From Verrucomicrobiales bacterium (GTDB lineage Bacteria > Verrucomicrobiota > Verrucomicrobiia > Verrucomicrobiales > V1-33): a stretch of DNA of 64,000 nt. Under the pieces are notes generated by a model, which saw only the letters and a list, made by a program, of their open reading frames with translations, had not been told where the DNA came from and searched no databases. Numbering within the stretch: the stretch's first letter is position 1; the number at the start of each line of letters is the position of its first letter. The position numbers and the translations under genes were made by a program. Location: the NCBI GenBank assembly GCA_028293125.1, contig JAQGPJ010000051.1, positions 68,036-132,035 of the forward strand. The letters are read 5' to 3'. Shown one piece after another: positions 61,358 through 64,000 of this stretch.

Positions 61358-63958
61358 TTACGGAATGGTGCGGACGACGCGGTAGAAGACCGACGTGGCA
61401 CCCGCCGGGGCGGCGGTGGTGTCGGTGAAATCCGCACTGCCCGCAGTGCCGGGGATATCGGTGCCCACCTGGGTCCAAGTGTTCAGATTCACGGAGCGCT
61501 GCACCTTGAAGGTGGCACCCGTTTGGGATTCAAAGGTGATCCGCGGCTGGCCTTGGGCGTTGCGGGAGAACGCAGTGATGCCGAAGTCACCCGCCGGGAT
61601 CACAATCGCCGCGCCCATCTGGAAGGCCACCTCGCCGATGCCCACCCGGTCGCCTCCCGGGGCCACCCCCTCAGTTCCCCAGTTGTTCAGCGGCTTGAGC
61701 AGCACGTACTGCGCGGTGATTTTCCGGTCGAAGGGGAAGCTGTTCCGCTCCGTAAAGCTGAAGGGCACCGTGAAGGCGGGATTGTAGGTGATGGAGCCTC
61801 CCCCATAAGGGCCCTCCGCGCCGGTGGCGAAGGTAAGGCTGAAATCCCTCATGCCATTGGAATTGCCGATAGAGTAGCCCCAGACGCTGATCTCCGTGAG
61901 ATCGACATCCCCGCCCAGATTAAAGATCAGCAGCGGGGCGGGATCGGGAGCGGGATCAAAGTAATTCACCGTGCCGTTTGGTGCATCGGTGACCCACAGG
62001 GTGGTGGCATCATTGCCGTCAATCTGATGGTGCGGCTGGATGTTTTCAAACCCCGCGCCGATGCCGTTGATCAGGCCGGCGGCGGCATACAAATCCGTGC
62101 CCGAGGTTTCCGAGGTGACTTCGGAGATGGGATAGAACTCGTCGGGAATGGTGACGTGCTCCCCGGTGAGCTGGATGGTCACGGCGGGATTTTGGGTGTC
62201 GTTGCTGGCGATGCGCAGGAAGGCCTCCTGCGTGCCCAGGGTGGCGGCGGCAGGATTGAACTCCAGCTCCACCAAGGCCTGGCTGACCGCCGGCAGGGTG
62301 GCGGGCGCGGATTTGATGGTGAAGGCCGCCGCATTGGGGCCGTCCAAGGTTCGGGAACTGATGGTCACCGCTTCGCTGCCATAGTTTTTCAGCACCAGAC
62401 TGAAAGTTTTAACCGTGTCCGTGGTGCCGAAGCTCACCGTGTTTGGAAAGATGAGATTCTTCCCGGTGGTGGTGATGATTTTTTCAAAGGCGATATTGCC
62501 AAAGCCCACGCGGTCACCGCCCGGGCCCAGACCGGAGCCGTAGTAATTATCGGTGGGAACGATCTGCACATACCGCGCCGTCACCACCTGGGCCAGATCA
62601 AAGCTTTGGCGTTCGGTGAAGCCGAAGGCGGCGGTGAACTGCGGATTGTAGGTGATGGAGGTTCCAATGCCCGCCGCGCCTTCGGAGGCCTTCGCAAATT
62701 TCAGATTGAAGTCGGAGGCTCCGTTGGCATTGCTGCTGGAGTAGCCCCAGACACTGATTTCCCCCAAGGGATAGTCCGCCCCCAGATCAATCACCAGCGA
62801 GGGGGCGGGATCCGGCACAGGCTCGAAATAATCGCCTGTGCCGCCATTGGGAGCATCCGTCACCCATAGAGGAGCCGCGGCCAACTGCTCGTGTGGCTGC
62901 TCGGCATTGAAGCCCGCACCCGGTCCGTCGATCAGGCCGGCGGCTTTGAAATAATCCGTGGCATCCGTGGCAGAGGTGGCCGCCACCATGGGATAAAACT
63001 GATCCGCAGCCTCCGCCGGGACATTGGCGGTGATGGAGGCGTCCGCGGTGGGCAACCCGGCGGTGTTGGTGTTGACGTGGAACACCACGCTGGCGTCGCC
63101 CGTTGGCAGCCCCACAGGGTTAAACTGCAGCGTGATGCCGGCCTTTGAATAAGCCGGAACACTGGCAGGCAGTGTGACCACACTGTAAGCCGCCGCGGAT
63201 GCGCCCGTAAAGCTGGGAGAGGACAAGGTCAGCGCCTGCGGCCCCAGATTCAGCACCTCCAGGGTGATGGTCTTCAGCACGCTGGCATCGCCCAGGAGGT
63301 ACTCCGTCGGCAATTCAGCAAAAGAGCCCGTGACATTCGGCAACTGCAGGAACGCCACCTCGCCGAAGCCCACCCGGTCACCGCCGGGTCCCAGCCCGAT
63401 ATTGTTGTTCAGCGGTGTCAGCTCCACGTAGCGGGCCGTGAGCTTCTGACCGAAAAGAAAACTCTGCCGGGGTGAAACCTGCGGCCCCGCGCTGTAAGTG
63501 GGGTTGAAGGTGATTGAGCTTCCCGCGCCGTCCGGTCCTTCGGCGTCGGTCGCGAACCGAAGGCTGAAATCCTTCATGCTGTTTCCCTCGATGCCGGTCG
63601 CGTATCCCCAAATACTGATCTCCCCCAGACTCACATTGGAGCCCAAGTCGAACACCAGCTTCGGTGCCGGGTCGGGCAGCGGCTCAAAATAGTTGGATGG
63701 ATAACCATAGGGGGCATTGGTGACCCATGTGGTGTCGCTGATGCGGTTGTAAGGGGGTGCGGATTCGAAACCGATTTCCGGGCCCTCGATCAGCCCCATG
63801 ACATTGTAATAATCAAAGTCCACCGTGGCGGAGGTGGCATCCATAATTTGATAAAAATCCGCCGCGCGGACCGCAGCAGGGGTCAGGAAGAGCAGTCCTG
63901 AAGCGGCCAGGCATGACAGCCTCAGCCTCAAGGTGATTTTATGGTGCATGATGGGCAT
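61358..63958 (-). CDS. Secreted protein with three discoidin (F5/8 type C-like) domains, two choice-of-anchor-D-like Ig domains and a C-terminal FYR module
   Basis: The signal is MPIMHHKITLRLRLSCLAASGLLFLTPAAVRA. Three copies carry (D/E)(Q/E)FYP...ATSAT, WVTDAPNG..YF(E/D)P.PDPAP, EIS(I/V)WGY, ARYV and GGDRVG(F/I)G. The protein ends in SVFYRVVRTIP. Confidence 0.8.
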   Translation of the reverse strand: MPIMHHKITLRLRLSCLAASGLLFLTPAAVRAADFYQIMDATSATVDFDYYNVMGLIEGPEIGFESAPPYNRISDTTWVTNAPYGYPSNYFEPLPDPAPKLVFDLGSNVSLGEISIWGYATGIEGNSMKDFSLRFATDAEGPDGAGSSITFNPTYSAGPQVSPRQSFLFGQKLTARYVELTPLNNNIGLGPGGDRVGFGEVAFLQLPNVTGSFAELPTEYLLGDASVLKTITLEVLNLGPQALTLSSPSFTGASAAAYSVVTLPASVPAYSKAGITLQFNPVGLPTGDASVVFHVNTNTAGLPTADASITANVPAEAADQFYPMVAATSATDATDYFKAAGLIDGPGAGFNAEQPHEQLAAAPLWVTDAPNGGTGDYFEPVPDPAPSLVIDLGADYPLGEISVWGYSSSNANGASDFNLKFAKASEGAAGIGTSITYNPQFTAAFGFTERQSFDLAQVVTARYVQIVPTDNYYGSGLGPGGDRVGFGNIAFEKIITTTGKNLIFPNTVSFGTTDTVKTFSLVLKNYGSEAVTISSRTLDGPNAAAFTIKSAPATLPAVSQALVELEFNPAAATLGTQEAFLRIASNDTQNPAVTIQLTGEHVTIPDEFYPISEVTSETSGTDLYAAAGLINGIGAGFENIQPHHQIDGNDATTLWVTDAPNGTVNYFDPAPDPAPLLIFNLGGDVDLTEISVWGYSIGNSNGMRDFSLTFATGAEGPYGGGSITYNPAFTVPFSFTERNSFPFDRKITAQYVLLKPLNNWGTEGVAPGGDRVGIGEVAFQMGAAIVIPAGDFGITAFSRNAQGQPRITFESQTGATFKVQRSVNLNTWTQVGTDIPGTAGSADFTDTTAAPAGATSVFYRVVRTIP
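61615..63862 (-). repeat. Large intragenic triplication (units of about 285, 285 and 177 codons)
   Basis: The units start at aa 33, 319 and 606 of the protein (DNA about 63862, 63004 and 62143). The first two include the Ig-like spacer domain and the third is discoidin-only. Conservation is at protein-motif level with clear DNA similarity in the motif blocks. Confidence 0.7.
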
Positions 63959-64000
63959 GGGTTTTGAAGGTGCCTGGGGCCAGGCGGGTATGGGAGGAAA

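Noticed and set aside
61022-62869. 615-aa plus-strand ORF overlapping the M50 3' end and the discoidin gene
   Set aside because: It is an antisense, out-of-frame artefact with an Arg/Gly/Asp/His-rich composition.
1-64000. Search for tRNA, rRNA, CRISPR arrays, integrases, phage structural genes, reverse transcriptases or known defence-system hallmarks
   Set aside because: I inspected the intergenic regions longer than 100 bp by eye. None showed cloverleaf-like or rRNA-like sequence or repeat-spacer structure. No ORF carries integrase, RT (YxDD), Cas, restriction-modification or STAND/AAA defence motifs that I could recognise. This manual scan cannot exclude small ncRNAs.

Overview
Visibly GC-rich bacterial chromosomal segment. 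The gene content points to the PVC superphylum, most likely Verrucomicrobiota (inference from family content only). Supporting families are DUF1501, the DUF1592-family/DUF1552 pair, DUF1080, DUF2126 transglutaminase, and several giant Kelch/NHL/cadherin-like/discoidin surface proteins. I call about 37 protein-coding genes. Housekeeping calls are rsuA-like, gmhA, cysE, tatC, argH, an AmiC-type amidase and ldhA-like. I saw no rRNA, tRNA, CRISPR array, prophage or recognisable defence-system hallmark. The only mobile or accessory DNA is a small lower-GC scar at about 11.9-12.8 kb. It holds an internally deleted IS5-family transposase remnant abutting a frameshifted DUF1778/GNAT (TacA/TacT-like) toxin-antitoxin remnant. 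The many long ORFs antisense to real genes are GC-driven artefacts. The most interesting observations are these. (1) Four unrelated giant secreted proteins share a C-terminal module of about 55-85 aa ending in [FIY][FY]R[VLI], a candidate sorting or anchoring domain. (2) A divergent locus joins DUF1501(+Smr) with a GntR-DUF1592 family-DUF1552 operon, with perfect GTATAC-core palindromes in the shared intergenic region. (3) A tandem HtrA-like pair has all three catalytic residues substituted in the second copy. (4) TatC is atypically long, with a periplasmic-loop insert and a His-rich acidic tail. None of these is proven to be a new system. All functional calls rest on motif recognition by eye, not on database searches.
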